Positions 48,661 through 58,842 are shown, numbered from the stretch's first letter. The stretch: 64,000 nucleotides of DNA from an uncultured Thermoanaerobaculia bacterium (GCA_964565225.1 CAZMEL010000007.1:439-64438), one strand, 5' to 3'. A program made the numbers and translations. The notes: generated by a model from the letters alone, not told the origin.

Positions 48661-49126
48661 AGTCTCCGGACCACCCGCTCGACGAGCCTCCGCGCGGCTC
48701 GGGCTCGTTCTGCTCCTGGTGGCCGCCCTGGCGATGCCGGGCTGTTTCGGCGGGCACGGAGAGTCCTCGGACGTCAAGGAGATCATCGACGTCCGCGACC
48801 TGCCCCAGGTCGACACCTCCCAGGATCCCCAGGCCGAAGCCCGAAAACCGAGCCTGGTCGGCATCCTACCCTCCGACTTTCCGAGTGATCTTCCCCTCTA
48901 CCTGCCCGCGAGCCTGGTCGACTTCGGAGCCAACCCCCGTTCGGTCGACCTGCTCTCTCCCGACGCCCCGGGGCGAGTGCGCCCCGAGCTCTTTCGCTTG
49001 ATCCGGGGCAGCGGCTGGATCGTGCAAGAGTCCGGCGGCAGCGCCAGCCTCAGCAAGGGATCGCGGCAGGTCCGGCTGATCGTGCGCGAGGAACAACCCG
49101 GCACCCTCTATCGATTCGAATACTAG
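48647..49126 (+). CDS. Hypothetical lipoprotein
   Basis: Hydrophobic stretch ending in AMPGC lipobox; overlaps the HAD stop. Confidence 0.6.
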   Translation: MFGPEVSGPPARRASARLGLVLLLVAALAMPGCFGGHGESSDVKEIIDVRDLPQVDTSQDPQAEARKPSLVGILPSDFPSDLPLYLPASLVDFGANPRSVDLLSPDAPGRVRPELFRLIRGSGWIVQESGGSASLSKGSRQVRLIVREEQPGTLYRFEY

Positions 49127-49202
49127 CCCTGGTGGCTGCCTCTGGCGGAAGGAAGGCCGACTCGCCTCGAGAGCTCTGGCCAAGTCGACAGCCAGAGCTT
49201 CG

Positions 49203-49847
49203 TCAAAGAGTCAGGGTCTTCGAGTCGCTCATCCGATCCGACAACGAGCGGCCTCCGAGGGCGAGCAGAATCGGCAGGCCGGCGAAGGCGATGGTGGTCA
49301 GCGCTCCGACCCAGCGCAACACCGCCTGGCCGAAGGAGAGGGGCTCGTCGTCGACGCTGCGGGAGCTGTTCCCGATCCAGGCCATGCCCGGAGTCTGTCC
49401 CCAGAAGGCCAAGGGTACCGTCCAGTAGAGGAAGGAGAGGACGAAACCCAGCACCGCGAACGGAGGCCACAGCTCGAGCCGTAGCGGCACTCCGAGGGCT
49501 ACGGTGGCACCGGCCGCCACACCGAGCAGGACGGCGTGGACCATCAGGTCGGCGAACCCGGCCAGCAATCGATCGAACAGCGGGGCGGGCTCTTCGCCCG
49601 CAACCTCTTCGATCTCCGTCTCCTCCGCCTCGAAGTCCTCGGTGGTCTCTTCTTCGCCTCCCACGTCGAACAAGCTGGTCTGCTTCACCCTCGGTGCCTC
49701 GGCAGACTCCGCGGTCCCGAGCTCTTCGGGAGAGCCCGAAGGTGCCGGCTCCGTGGCGGGAGCCGCTCCGGCCTCCGCGTCTTCCTCTTGCTGCAAGGGT
49801 AGATCGAAGAGCGGGAGCGATTCCTTCTTCTTGCTTCGCTTCGCCAT
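49203..49847 (-). CDS. RDD-family membrane protein with acidic N-terminal extension
   Basis: RLLAGFADL, GQTPGM and LSDRMSDS RDD motifs. Confidence 0.85.
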   Translation of the reverse strand: MAKRSKKKESLPLFDLPLQQEEDAEAGAAPATEPAPSGSPEELGTAESAEAPRVKQTSLFDVGGEEETTEDFEAEETEIEEVAGEEPAPLFDRLLAGFADLMVHAVLLGVAAGATVALGVPLRLELWPPFAVLGFVLSFLYWTVPLAFWGQTPGMAWIGNSSRSVDDEPLSFGQAVLRWVGALTTIAFAGLPILLALGGRSLSDRMSDSKTLTL

Positions 49848-49851
49848 GTCC

Positions 49852-51930
49852 TCAGTTTCGGGGCGGGAGATACTTCACGTAGATCCGAAACAGGAGGTCG
49901 TGGGGACGATCCATATAGGTCCGCGAGAAGAGCAGGAGCCGGCGCAGGTCGGTGTTGTTGGGTGCCACCTCCAGAACCTCCTGCATCTTGTCGGCGGCGC
50001 TCAGGGCGTCGCCTCGCTGCAGGTCGGTCAGCGCCAGGTTGTAGTAGGAGTCGATGATCAGCGACTCCACGTCCTTGTTCTCGGGCTCGGACTCCCGCAG
50101 GCGCCAGAGAGACGGCAGGATCTCTGCGTACTCCCCGGCGCGAAAACGCTCGAGCTGGGACTTCAGAGGCAGGAGATTGGTCGCGCTCTCGATCTTCAGA
50201 GCCTGATCGCTGGCCTCCAGCGGCAGGATCTTGGCCGCACGATCGAATAGCTTCTGGGCCCGGATGAACCGACGCTGGCCATGGGCATCGCGCGCCGCGT
50301 CGAGCAGCACCTGCCAGCGCGCGACCTGCTCCTGCGATGGCCCGGAGGCGGTATCGTCCGCCGGAGCCTCCACCAGAGCCTTCCACTGAGCCACCAACGC
50401 CTGCGCATTCTCGTAGTTGGGATCTCCCGGCTGAATCCGCTCCAAGAGGTTGATCGCGTTCTCCGTCTGGCCGCCCTCGTGCATGGTCGTCGCCTTCTCG
50501 ATCGGGTCGACCTGGCGCAGACCCGGGGCCGGAGGGGCTTCGGCCTGGTTGGGGAAGAGATTGTCCCACTGGCTCGCCAGGAACGCACCGCCACCGATGA
50601 CCAGCACCGAGACCAGAGCCCCTAGCAGCACCAGCTTGCGATCGGTCCGTTTGACCACGACCACCCGGTCGCGCTCCACCGCCGCTTCCATCGATGGGCT
50701 CTCTTCACCACCCGCTGCGAGGCCCAGATCTCCGAGGTCGGTATCGTCGGCACCTTCACTGGTGCTGGACGAAACCGAAGGAACCTTGCCCGCTTCGAGC
50801 TGCTGCAGGTAGTCCCTGGCGATGGAGTGGCTCTCTTGCAGCTCCAGAACCCGCCGCAGGCTTTCCTTGGCCTCCTCGAGCGATTGGCTCTCGATATGGC
50901 CCACCGCCTCGTGGAAGACCTCTTCCGCCTGGCGCTCGATCTCCGCCTTCTTGCTCCGCGCCTCTTCGATCAACCCCGAGGCTTCGGCATTGTCGATATC
51001 GATCAGGAAGATCCGCGACCAGACGTCGATCGCCGACTGGTACTCGCCGCGATCGAAGACCTCCTTGCCTTCCGCCAGGAGCTGGGCGATCCGATCGCCG
51101 CCCTCTTCTTCGCCACCGGCATCCACGGGTGCCGGCGGCGGTTCCTCGGCCACCGGTGGCGGTGGTGCTGCCGCCGGCTCTTGGGACTCTTCGAGCGAGA
51201 AATCGTCGAGCAGGAAGTCGTCGGGATCGTCGGCGATGGGTTCTTCGGCCGGCTCCTCGTCTGCCAGCTCCCCACCGATCTCGTCCCGGAGATCGAGCGG
51301 CTCTTCGTCTCCGAAGGTCAGAGGTGTCTCCCCCGTGTCGAACGACAAGATGTCGGGGGCGGAGTCCGCAGGCGGCGGGGGCGCGGCAGCCGGAGCCGGG
51401 GGTGGCGGAGCCGCCGGAGGCGGAGCAGCAGCCGCCTGAGGAGGCGCCGCGGCGACCTGCGCAGAGGTCTGGGAGAGCAGCTGGGTGAAACGCAAGACCT
51501 CCGGGTGCTCGGGGTCGAGAGACCTCGCCTTCTTCAGGTTCGCGTTCATCTCTTCGAGCTGTCCGGCCTCCCAGGCCTGGCTCGCAGCCTTCAAGAAGGC
51601 TTTGATGTAGGACTCCGATTCGAGCTTGGTCTGCGCCGCCTGGACGATGGCCAGGGCTCCCGCGTCGCTGCGAATCGCGTCTTGTTGCGTCTGAGCGATC
51701 TGCAGAATCTGCTGAAAATTGCGCTTCTCGAACAGATCCTTCAGCATCGCCCCGAGGCCGCTGGCAGCCGCCGCGGCAGCAGGCGGTGCTGAGGCCCCTT
51801 GGGCCGGCGATCCGGCGGTGGCTACGGGCTGTGGATCGTCGAATCCCAGATCGTCGAGATCCTCGAGCCCTTCCAGGTCGTCGAGGGCATCCAGATCGTC
51901 GAGATCATCGAAATCGTCCAGCTCGGCCAT
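49852..51930 (-). CDS. Large TPR/helical-repeat membrane protein with acidic and Pro-rich linkers
   Basis: TPR-like units (GKEVFDRGEYQSAIDVWSRIF; YYNLALTDLQRGDA); one TM near aa 490; DDL-repeat N-terminus. Confidence 0.75.
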   Translation of the reverse strand: MAELDDFDDLDDLDALDDLEGLEDLDDLGFDDPQPVATAGSPAQGASAPPAAAAAASGLGAMLKDLFEKRNFQQILQIAQTQQDAIRSDAGALAIVQAAQTKLESESYIKAFLKAASQAWEAGQLEEMNANLKKARSLDPEHPEVLRFTQLLSQTSAQVAAAPPQAAAAPPPAAPPPPAPAAAPPPPADSAPDILSFDTGETPLTFGDEEPLDLRDEIGGELADEEPAEEPIADDPDDFLLDDFSLEESQEPAAAPPPPVAEEPPPAPVDAGGEEEGGDRIAQLLAEGKEVFDRGEYQSAIDVWSRIFLIDIDNAEASGLIEEARSKKAEIERQAEEVFHEAVGHIESQSLEEAKESLRRVLELQESHSIARDYLQQLEAGKVPSVSSSTSEGADDTDLGDLGLAAGGEESPSMEAAVERDRVVVVKRTDRKLVLLGALVSVLVIGGGAFLASQWDNLFPNQAEAPPAPGLRQVDPIEKATTMHEGGQTENAINLLERIQPGDPNYENAQALVAQWKALVEAPADDTASGPSQEQVARWQVLLDAARDAHGQRRFIRAQKLFDRAAKILPLEASDQALKIESATNLLPLKSQLERFRAGEYAEILPSLWRLRESEPENKDVESLIIDSYYNLALTDLQRGDALSAADKMQEVLEVAPNNTDLRRLLLFSRTYMDRPHDLLFRIYVKYLPPRN

Positions 51931-52049
51931 TCTCTTGTGTCCTCTCGGAAAGGGTCCCGTTCATCGACTGCGCTCGGTCCGAAAGATGGCTCGACCCGAA
52001 GTCGAAGGGCTCACGAAACGCCTGCTCGGGGTCGGCGAGGTGTGCCTAG

Positions 52050-52207
52050 TGTAGTGCGTCACGAATCTGGCGCCTTGTCTTCGGGCCCTCTCGCGCTCTG
52101 TCGGCGTTGCTCCTCCTCGAAAGATCCCCGATCTTCCTGTGTCGGAGCGCCTGGACAGGACACGAGATGACCTCGAATCCAAGGCACCATCTGCGGGACG
52201 CACTACC
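52050..52207 (-). mobile_element. 158-bp palindromic MITE/REP-like element flanked by CTAG direct repeats
   Basis: GTAGTGCGTC/GACGCACTAC terminal stem plus further nested stems; G-U pairs on the minus strand; CTAG at 52046-52049 and 52208-52211. Confidence 0.65.
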
Positions 52208-52279
52208 CTAGTCTAGCAAGATTTCGGGCGCCGATGGTCGCAAGGCGGGAGCGAGCCACGCTTCGTGGATACGGGGTTT

Positions 52280-53728
52280 TCACGGATCGAGATCTCGTGT
52301 CCGCCCGGATCGGCCGCTGGCGAAACCTTCGAGCAGGCGGCGGGGCAGGCCTTCGAAGGATCCCGAGGACATGGTGACCACCACATCTCCCGGACGGCCT
52401 TCGGCGAGGATGGTCTCGAGGGTCTCTTCGGTGCTGCCGGTGGTCCGAGCTTCGACCCCTCGCTCGCCGAGCGCCTTCGACAGGGCATCGAGATCGAGCC
52501 GCTCTTCGTCCGCGAGGCGACCGGCGTGGAAGATCGGAGCCAAGAACACGGCATCGGCTTGCGCGAAACCCCGGAGGTAGGCCTCGAAGAACATGTCGCG
52601 ACCGCCGGTGAGACTGCGCGGCTCGAACGCCACCACCAGCCTTCGATCCGGATAGGCCTGGCGCAGACCCTGGAGCGACTTCTCCACCGCCGTGGGGTGG
52701 TGAGCGAAGTCGTCGACGACGGTGACGCCGTTCGCGGTCCCGAGGGTCTCCAGCCGCCGCTTGACTCCCCGGAAGCTTCCCAGGGCCGCCGCCAGGTCCC
52801 CTGCCGGCAAGAGGTCGTGACGCCCCGCGGCCCACACCGCCAGCGCGTTCGTCAGGTTGTGCTCCCCCGGCACCTTCAGCAATACCTCTACGTCTCCGGC
52901 CTCCGGATCGGCGAGCACGAAACGAGAGCCGTCGGTACCGGCCCGGAGGTCCCTGGGAAACACATCGTTGTGGTCACCCAGGCCATAGAAACACACCCTG
53001 CACCTCGCTCCCTGCGCCACCTCTCGCACCTCCGGCGCATCCCCGAAGGCCACGAGCAAGCCGTCGGACGGCAACAATGCCACCAGCTGGCGATAGGCGC
53101 TCAGCAGCGCCTCGGGGGTCGGATAAAGATCGGCATGGTCGTATTCGACACTGGTGAGAATCAGGGTGTGGGGCAGGTAGTGCAGGAACTTGGGCCCACG
53201 GTCGAAATACGCCGCGTTGTACTCGTCGCCCTCGATCACGAAGCGCTCTCCGCCACCCACCCGGAAGCTCTGGTCCAGGTCTTGCGGCACACCGCCGATC
53301 AGGTACCCGGGGTCGGCCCCGCACCGCGAGTAGACCCAGGCGGCCATGGCCGTGGTAGTGGTCTTGCCGTGGGTGCCGGCCACCACCAGGGGTTTGCGGT
53401 CGGACAACAGGAACCGGGCCAGGGCCTGGGGCATCGACACCTGGGGCAGCTCCTTCTCGCGGGCCGCCGCGGCCTCGCGATTGGTCCGCGGAACCGCATT
53501 GCCGATCACCACCAGGTCGGGATGGGGCTCGAGATGGCTCGGGTCGTACCCCACCATGGGCTCGATCCCGGCCGCCTCCAGCAGAGTGCTCATCGGTGGG
53601 TAGAGAGGGCCGTCGGAGCCTCGGACACGGTGTCCGAGAGCCCGCAGCAGGCAGGCCAAAGGAGCCATTCCCGTACCGCCGATCGCGACGAGATGGATGT
53701 CCAAGCGAGAGTCCGAATCCGGAGACAT
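52280..53728 (-). CDS. mpl: Mur ligase, Mpl/MurC family (murein peptide ligase)
   Basis: IGGTGMAPLA, GSDGPLYPPMS, VAGTHGKTTT, EGDEY, DHADLY, DDFAHHPTA. Confidence 0.88.
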   Translation of the reverse strand: MSPDSDSRLDIHLVAIGGTGMAPLACLLRALGHRVRGSDGPLYPPMSTLLEAAGIEPMVGYDPSHLEPHPDLVVIGNAVPRTNREAAAAREKELPQVSMPQALARFLLSDRKPLVVAGTHGKTTTTAMAAWVYSRCGADPGYLIGGVPQDLDQSFRVGGGERFVIEGDEYNAAYFDRGPKFLHYLPHTLILTSVEYDHADLYPTPEALLSAYRQLVALLPSDGLLVAFGDAPEVREVAQGARCRVCFYGLGDHNDVFPRDLRAGTDGSRFVLADPEAGDVEVLLKVPGEHNLTNALAVWAAGRHDLLPAGDLAAALGSFRGVKRRLETLGTANGVTVVDDFAHHPTAVEKSLQGLRQAYPDRRLVVAFEPRSLTGGRDMFFEAYLRGFAQADAVFLAPIFHAGRLADEERLDLDALSKALGERGVEARTTGSTEETLETILAEGRPGDVVVTMSSGSFEGLPRRLLEGFASGRSGRTRDLDP

Positions 53729-53964
53729 GACCGTCTCTATCTCCTGCTGATTTCTGCCCGAGAGAGGAGGTCCGAAGCGGTGCTCGAATGGCTGGGCAAG
53801 GGGGTTTTACGGGGAATTTACGGCTGGCGCTTTGCAAGCCTGGAGGTCGAGTATAGCATTCCCGTTGCTCGGTCGATCGCACACCCCGTCGAGACCGAGA
53901 GCGCCCCAAAATCAACTTTCTCTCGACACCTGATCGATTCGAAGGCAGGTAAGGAGCTCACGGT

Positions 53965-54984
53965 ATGAGACTTTCGTCGCGTCATCTCCTCTTCCTCTCG
54001 CTGGCCCTCTCCCTGGCCGTGGCGGCGTTCGCCCAGAGCGGTGGCCCCCGGGCGATGCCCGTCGAGCCCATCAAGGACTTCGACATCGTGCCCAAGGGTG
54101 ACGTGATCCAGCACGAGTTCCTGATCAAGAACGAGGGGGATGCCCCGCTCGAGATCACCGACGTGAAACCCGCCTGCGGCTGCACTGTCGCCCGCTACGA
54201 CAAGACCATCGCTCCCGGCGCCACCGGCAAGGTGAGCGCCAAGGTCAAGACCTCCGACTTCGCCGGCCCGATCAGCAAGTCGATCGCCGTCTTCACCAAC
54301 GACAACAACAACCCCAAGCTGCAGCTGGTGGTGCGGGCCAAGATCCAGCCCTACATCTCGATCTACCCCGGCTACGCGCGCTACAACTACGTGCAGGGCG
54401 AGGATCCCGGCAGGGTGCCCCAGGTCGTGTGGGCGGCCGACGACGAGCCCATGAAAGTGCTCGACATCAAGTCGCCCTACGACTATCTCGAAGTCTCCTA
54501 CCGTCTCCTCGACAAGGAAGAGCACATCGCCAAGGGTGGTGACACCCAGTACCGGGTAGAGGTCACCCTCAAGCCCGATGCTCCGGTCGGTCCGCTGCGG
54601 GCCCACGTCGAGCTGGAGATCGACCATCCCAAGCAGAAGTCGGTGCAGATCCCCATCTCCGGTTTCGTGCGCCCCCGCCAGCACATCACCCCCGATGCCC
54701 TCGACTTCGGCCCCCTCCAGGGCGACTCGCTGCCCATGGGCCGCACCCTGAACTTCACCAACTTCGCCACCCAGGGGATCGAGGTCACCGGAATCGACAC
54801 CGGCATCGAGGCTCTCACCGCCGAGGTCGAGCCTAAGAAAGACCAGGAAGGCCACCGCTTCAAGCTCAAGCTCACCCTCGGCTCCGAAATGCCCAAGGGC
54901 GCGTTCGACACCGTGGTCACCATCCACACCAGCGACGCCAAGAAACCCACCATCGAGCTGCCGGTCAAGGGCTCCATTCTCTGA
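53965..54984 (+). CDS. Secreted DUF1573-domain protein
   Basis: Signal peptide; DFDIV..HEFLIKNEGDAPLEI..V.PACGCT..IAPG.TG signature. Confidence 0.88.
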   Translation: MRLSSRHLLFLSLALSLAVAAFAQSGGPRAMPVEPIKDFDIVPKGDVIQHEFLIKNEGDAPLEITDVKPACGCTVARYDKTIAPGATGKVSAKVKTSDFAGPISKSIAVFTNDNNNPKLQLVVRAKIQPYISIYPGYARYNYVQGEDPGRVPQVVWAADDEPMKVLDIKSPYDYLEVSYRLLDKEEHIAKGGDTQYRVEVTLKPDAPVGPLRAHVELEIDHPKQKSVQIPISGFVRPRQHITPDALDFGPLQGDSLPMGRTLNFTNFATQGIEVTGIDTGIEALTAEVEPKKDQEGHRFKLKLTLGSEMPKGAFDTVVTIHTSDAKKPTIELPVKGSIL

Positions 54985-55014
54985 CGCTCTCTCCTCAACC
55001 ATCCCATGCCCAAG

Positions 55015-55039
55015 GCCCGCCGATCCGGCGGGCTTTTTT
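55015..55039 (+). terminator. Intrinsic terminator
   Basis: GCCCGCCG-ATC-CGGCGGGC followed by TTTTTT, 30 nt after the stop. Confidence 0.85.
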
Positions 55040-55129
55040 CATGTTCGGCGGGTGCTAGAGTTCCGGTAAATGGATTGATCGGCCATGTAGATGATGGAGA
55101 TGCTTCGAAGAAGAGAAGAAGATCTGCTG

Positions 55130-55795
55130 ATGCCCAATCGATCGAAGAGCCGATGCCGAGCGTTCTTTGCCTTTGCCCTGATTGTGATCCTGTGTGGTGG
55201 CTGTGCCAGCGTTCGGGGTCCGTATACGACCGATCGCGACAAGACGAAGAAGGGCGCGGGCATCGGTGCCGCCGCGGGGGCGGTTGCCGCAATCATCGAC
55301 GGCAAACGAGAGGCCGATGAGCTGCTCGCCGGTGCCGCGATCGGCGCGGCGATCGGCGCGGGTGTGGGCGTTTACATGGATGCCCAGGAAGAGAAGCTGG
55401 CCCGCATACCGGGAACCTGGGTCGAACGAGTCGGCCCGGCGACTTTGCTCGTACACTTCGACTCCGACGTGCTCTTCAACGTTGATTCTTCGAGTCTCGG
55501 AAGTGAGGCGAGAAGCACTCTCGACCAGGCGGCCGGCGTGATCAATGAGTACCGCAAGACCGCGGTGGTGGTGCAGGGGCATACGGATGCGACCGGCAGC
55601 GAAGAGCACAACCTGAGTCTTTCGGAGCGTCGCGCCAAGGCCGTCCAGGGATATCTGATCGGTCGTGGGGTCGAACCGGAGCGGATCGCGGCCATCGGCT
55701 ATGGAGAATCCATGCCCGTCGCCGACAACTCCAGCGCCAGCGGTCGGCAGCAGAATCGCCGGGTCGATCTGCTGCTGCGAGCCAAGGCGAGATAG
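55130..55795 (+). CDS. OmpA-family lipoprotein with glycine zipper (YiaD-like)
   Basis: CGGC lipobox, GAGIGAAAGA zipper, GHTD..G....N..LSERRA and NRRV. Confidence 0.9.
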   Translation: MPNRSKSRCRAFFAFALIVILCGGCASVRGPYTTDRDKTKKGAGIGAAAGAVAAIIDGKREADELLAGAAIGAAIGAGVGVYMDAQEEKLARIPGTWVERVGPATLLVHFDSDVLFNVDSSSLGSEARSTLDQAAGVINEYRKTAVVVQGHTDATGSEEHNLSLSERRAKAVQGYLIGRGVEPERIAAIGYGESMPVADNSSASGRQQNRRVDLLLRAKAR

Positions 55796-55859
55796 CGAGC
55801 AAGGCTAGCGCTCCGGCATTCGTCCGACGCTTCGTCGGAGAGATGACTGGAGAACCTGT

Positions 55860-57074
55860 TCAGACTCTTCGTGCCCGCAGCACCTCGCCCAACACCTCCA
55901 CCGCTCCCTTTAACTGCTCGTCGCTGAGGTAGGGCGCCGGGCCAAAGCGCAAGGACTGGCCGCGGAAGTCGGTGGCGACGCCGTGCCGGAGGAGATCGCG
56001 GCTGAGGTCGCTGGCCACGGGGGAGCGGAGGACGAGGAAGGCACCGGTCTGGCCGAGAGGGACGTCGCGGTTTCGGCGCAGGAGGGCCGGGTCGGCGTCG
56101 AGCTGGTCGAACCCTTCGGCGAGCAGGTGGATCTGGTGCTGGCTGACGGTGCGTAGAAACCGGCCGTCGAGGCCGTGCTCCTCGAAGAAGTCGAGCACAT
56201 GGGCGGCCCGGTAGTGGCTCGACGGATCGTAGGTGGCGCCGGCGAAACGGCTGGCACCTTCGCCGTAGGGCACGGTTTCGCCCGGGGCTTCGGTGAGCAG
56301 GTGGAACTCGGCGAACCACCCGGTGATCACCGGGCGCAGCTGGCAGTCGGCCGGCACGCGCAGGAAGCCGTTGCCCTCGCCGAGCTGGCAGTATTTATAA
56401 CCGCCACCCACGGCATAGGCGCCGAGCAGGCCCTCTTCGCGCAGAGAGAAGGGAATCGCACCCAGGGCGTGGTAGACGTCGACCAGCATCTCGGCGCCGT
56501 GGTGGTGGGCTGCTTGTAAGACACGATCGAGCCCGGGCACGATGCGCCCGGAGCCGAAGAGAACCTTCGACACCAGCACCGCGGCGGTGTGATCGTCGAC
56601 CTCGGCGGCGAGGCGCTCGGCGAGGCTAGAAGCGTCGCCCGAATCGACCCGGACGATCTCCACACCTTCTTCTTCCAGGCGGTCGAGCTGGCGACGGATG
56701 GAGTGGAACTCTCCATTCGTCGTCACCAATCGCGGACGTTGCTGCAAGGGCAAGGCCGAGAGGAACCGCACCACGAGCTCGTGGGTGTTCGACGCCAGCG
56801 TGCAGGAGCCTTCGTCGTCGCCGAGCCAGCGGCCCCAGCCCTGCTCCACCCGCCGGGCCTTGGCGAAGGCCCGATCCCACTTCTTGTCGACGAAACGGGC
56901 CGCGTCGTCATAACACTCAAGCAGACCCTCGCGGGCACAGTCGGGCCAGGCCTGGTGCGAGTGGCCGGTAAGCAGCAGGTGGCCTTCGCCGGGCCAGCGA
57001 TCGACCCCGAACCGCGAGTAGAGGGGTGCCAGCCGATTCGGGGACCGGTAGAGATCTTCGGGTGGAAAGGGCAT
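55860..57074 (-). CDS. kynU: Kynureninase-like PLP enzyme
   Basis: GHSHQAWP, NTHELV, DVYH, GGYKYCQLGEG (PLP lysine), GWFA, D.RG..LRFGPAPY; coupled to TDO. Confidence 0.82.
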   Translation of the reverse strand: MPFPPEDLYRSPNRLAPLYSRFGVDRWPGEGHLLLTGHSHQAWPDCAREGLLECYDDAARFVDKKWDRAFAKARRVEQGWGRWLGDDEGSCTLASNTHELVVRFLSALPLQQRPRLVTTNGEFHSIRRQLDRLEEEGVEIVRVDSGDASSLAERLAAEVDDHTAAVLVSKVLFGSGRIVPGLDRVLQAAHHHGAEMLVDVYHALGAIPFSLREEGLLGAYAVGGGYKYCQLGEGNGFLRVPADCQLRPVITGWFAEFHLLTEAPGETVPYGEGASRFAGATYDPSSHYRAAHVLDFFEEHGLDGRFLRTVSQHQIHLLAEGFDQLDADPALLRRNRDVPLGQTGAFLVLRSPVASDLSRDLLRHGVATDFRGQSLRFGPAPYLSDEQLKGAVEVLGEVLRARRV

Positions 57075-57076
57075 CC

Positions 57077-57877
57077 TCAGAGCTGGGCGCGGATCGCCCA
57101 GAGGTCGGGAAAGACCGGCTGGAAGAGGGTGGATCGCAGGTAGCTGGCACCGGGCGAGCCGCCGGTGCCCTGCTTGGTGCCGATGGTGCGCTCGACCATC
57201 TTGACGTGGCGGTAGCGCCATTCCTGGAGACCTTCGTCGAGGTCGACCATGCGCTCGCAGATCTGGGTCAGGCGGTCGTCTGCGCGGTAGATGCGGACGA
57301 ACACCTCGCGCACCGCCTCGGACTCCAGCGGCGGGGCATCACCCCGGGGCTCCATGATGTCGGCGGGAATCTCCTCGTAGCCGGCCCGGCGCACGAAATC
57401 GAGAAAGCTCTGGTAGATGGTGGGCGCTTCGAGGCGTTTCTGCAGCCGGGCCACGGCGGGCGGATTGGCACGATGGTGATCGATCATGCGCCGGATGCGG
57501 TGGCCGAGCACGAACTCCACCTCGCGGAACTGCGCCGACTGGAAGCCGCTCGCCTGGTCGAGCCGGGAGCGGAAGGAGGCGAAGGAGATGGGGGTCATGG
57601 TTTCGAGGATGTCGACCTGGGCCACCATGGTCTTGAGGATGGTCAGGGTGCGGCGCAGGGTGTGGCGAATGCGGGGCACGACGTCGCGATCGGCGGGATC
57701 GAGCAGCAGGAGCTCGGCGAGAAAATCGAGCTCGTGCAATACCTGCTTGAACCACAGCTCGTAGACCTGGTGGATGATGATGAAGAGCATCTCGTCGTGC
57801 TCGGGCCCGTCGGACAAAGGCTCTTGGAGCTGCAGCAGCTCTTCGACCTTGAGGTAGTTGGAGTAGGTGAGGGACAC
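57077..57877 (-). CDS. kynA: Tryptophan 2,3-dioxygenase
   Basis: LTYSNYL, HDEMLFIIIHQVYELWF, ASGFQSAQFR, WRYRH..MVER.IG.K.GTGGS.G. Confidence 0.95.
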   Translation of the reverse strand: MSLTYSNYLKVEELLQLQEPLSDGPEHDEMLFIIIHQVYELWFKQVLHELDFLAELLLLDPADRDVVPRIRHTLRRTLTILKTMVAQVDILETMTPISFASFRSRLDQASGFQSAQFREVEFVLGHRIRRMIDHHRANPPAVARLQKRLEAPTIYQSFLDFVRRAGYEEIPADIMEPRGDAPPLESEAVREVFVRIYRADDRLTQICERMVDLDEGLQEWRYRHVKMVERTIGTKQGTGGSPGASYLRSTLFQPVFPDLWAIRAQL

Positions 57878-57916
57878 GGTTCCCTGCCTTTGCTGGGTAA
57901 GAAGTTGAGATGGGCC

Positions 57917-58747
57917 TCAGCGCGACGGCGGGCCCCAGAGGCTGCTCTCGTCTTTCGGCTGGGCGCGCGGCCGGCCGCGCCGACGCACGCTCTCGACCTG
58001 CTCGAGCACGGTTGCAAGCGCCTCGTTCTGGGTTTCGAACAGGCGATCGAGGCCGAGGAATGCGAGATCGAGGAGGGTTTCGAGCTCGCGACGCGAGAAG
58101 GATCTCTGCTCGCCGGTTCCCTGGACCTCGATCAGCTCGCCGTCGGACGTGGCGACCACGTTGAGGTCGACCTCGGCGATGGAGTCTTCGCAATACTCCA
58201 GGTCGAGCAGAGGCACACCTTCCACGAAGCCTACCGACACCGCGGCGACCTGCCGAAACACCGGCCAGCGCGGGATGTCGCCCGCCAGGAACGCCTTGCC
58301 CACGGCTTCCACCATGGCCACGTAGCCGGCGGTGATGGACGCAGTGCGGGTGCCGCCGTCGGCCTGCAGCACGTCGCAGTCGACGGTAATCGTATGCTCG
58401 CCGAGCGCCGGAAAATCCATGGCCGCCCGCAGGCTCCGGCCGATCAGGCGCTGGATCTCCATGGTGCGCCCGCCGGGGCGGCCCTGCTTGACCTCGCGAG
58501 AGATCCGGCGAAACGTCGACCGCGGCAACATGGAGTATTCGGCGGTCAGCCAGCCCTCGCCACTGTCTTGGCGGAATCGCGGAACCTTGGGCTCGAGGGT
58601 CGCGGCGGTCAGGACCCGGGTATCGCCGAGGTCGATCTGGGCCGATCCCTCGGCAAATTTCAGCACCGTGGGCGCAATGCTCAGGGGGCGCAGGGCATCG
58701 GGTCTTCGGCCCTCTGGGCGTTTGGACGACGTTTCGGTTTTCGACAT
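57917..58747 (-). CDS. rph: Ribonuclease PH
   Basis: GWLTAEYSMLPRST, GRTMEIQRLIGRSLR, DCDVLQADGGTRTASI, DLEYCEDS, EVQGTGE. Confidence 0.96.
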   Translation of the reverse strand: MSKTETSSKRPEGRRPDALRPLSIAPTVLKFAEGSAQIDLGDTRVLTAATLEPKVPRFRQDSGEGWLTAEYSMLPRSTFRRISREVKQGRPGGRTMEIQRLIGRSLRAAMDFPALGEHTITVDCDVLQADGGTRTASITAGYVAMVEAVGKAFLAGDIPRWPVFRQVAAVSVGFVEGVPLLDLEYCEDSIAEVDLNVVATSDGELIEVQGTGEQRSFSRRELETLLDLAFLGLDRLFETQNEALATVLEQVESVRRRGRPRAQPKDESSLWGPPSR

Positions 58748-58842
58748 GTCTGGAGCTCCGAACGATGGGAAAACGGGTCTTCGAGCGTATCAGACGGAAG
58801 CTCTTCTCCGGCCGGAAACTCCGGCGTCCGACACGCCGCGGC

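Noticed and set aside
52051-52206. 6S RNA or SRP RNA
   Set aside because: Size and 5'/3' pairing are suggestive, but there is no large central bubble and no SRP helix-8 motif (CAGG..GNRA..AGCAG). The CTAG flanks and the core shared with the 62183 element favour a repeat element. An Rfam scan would settle it.
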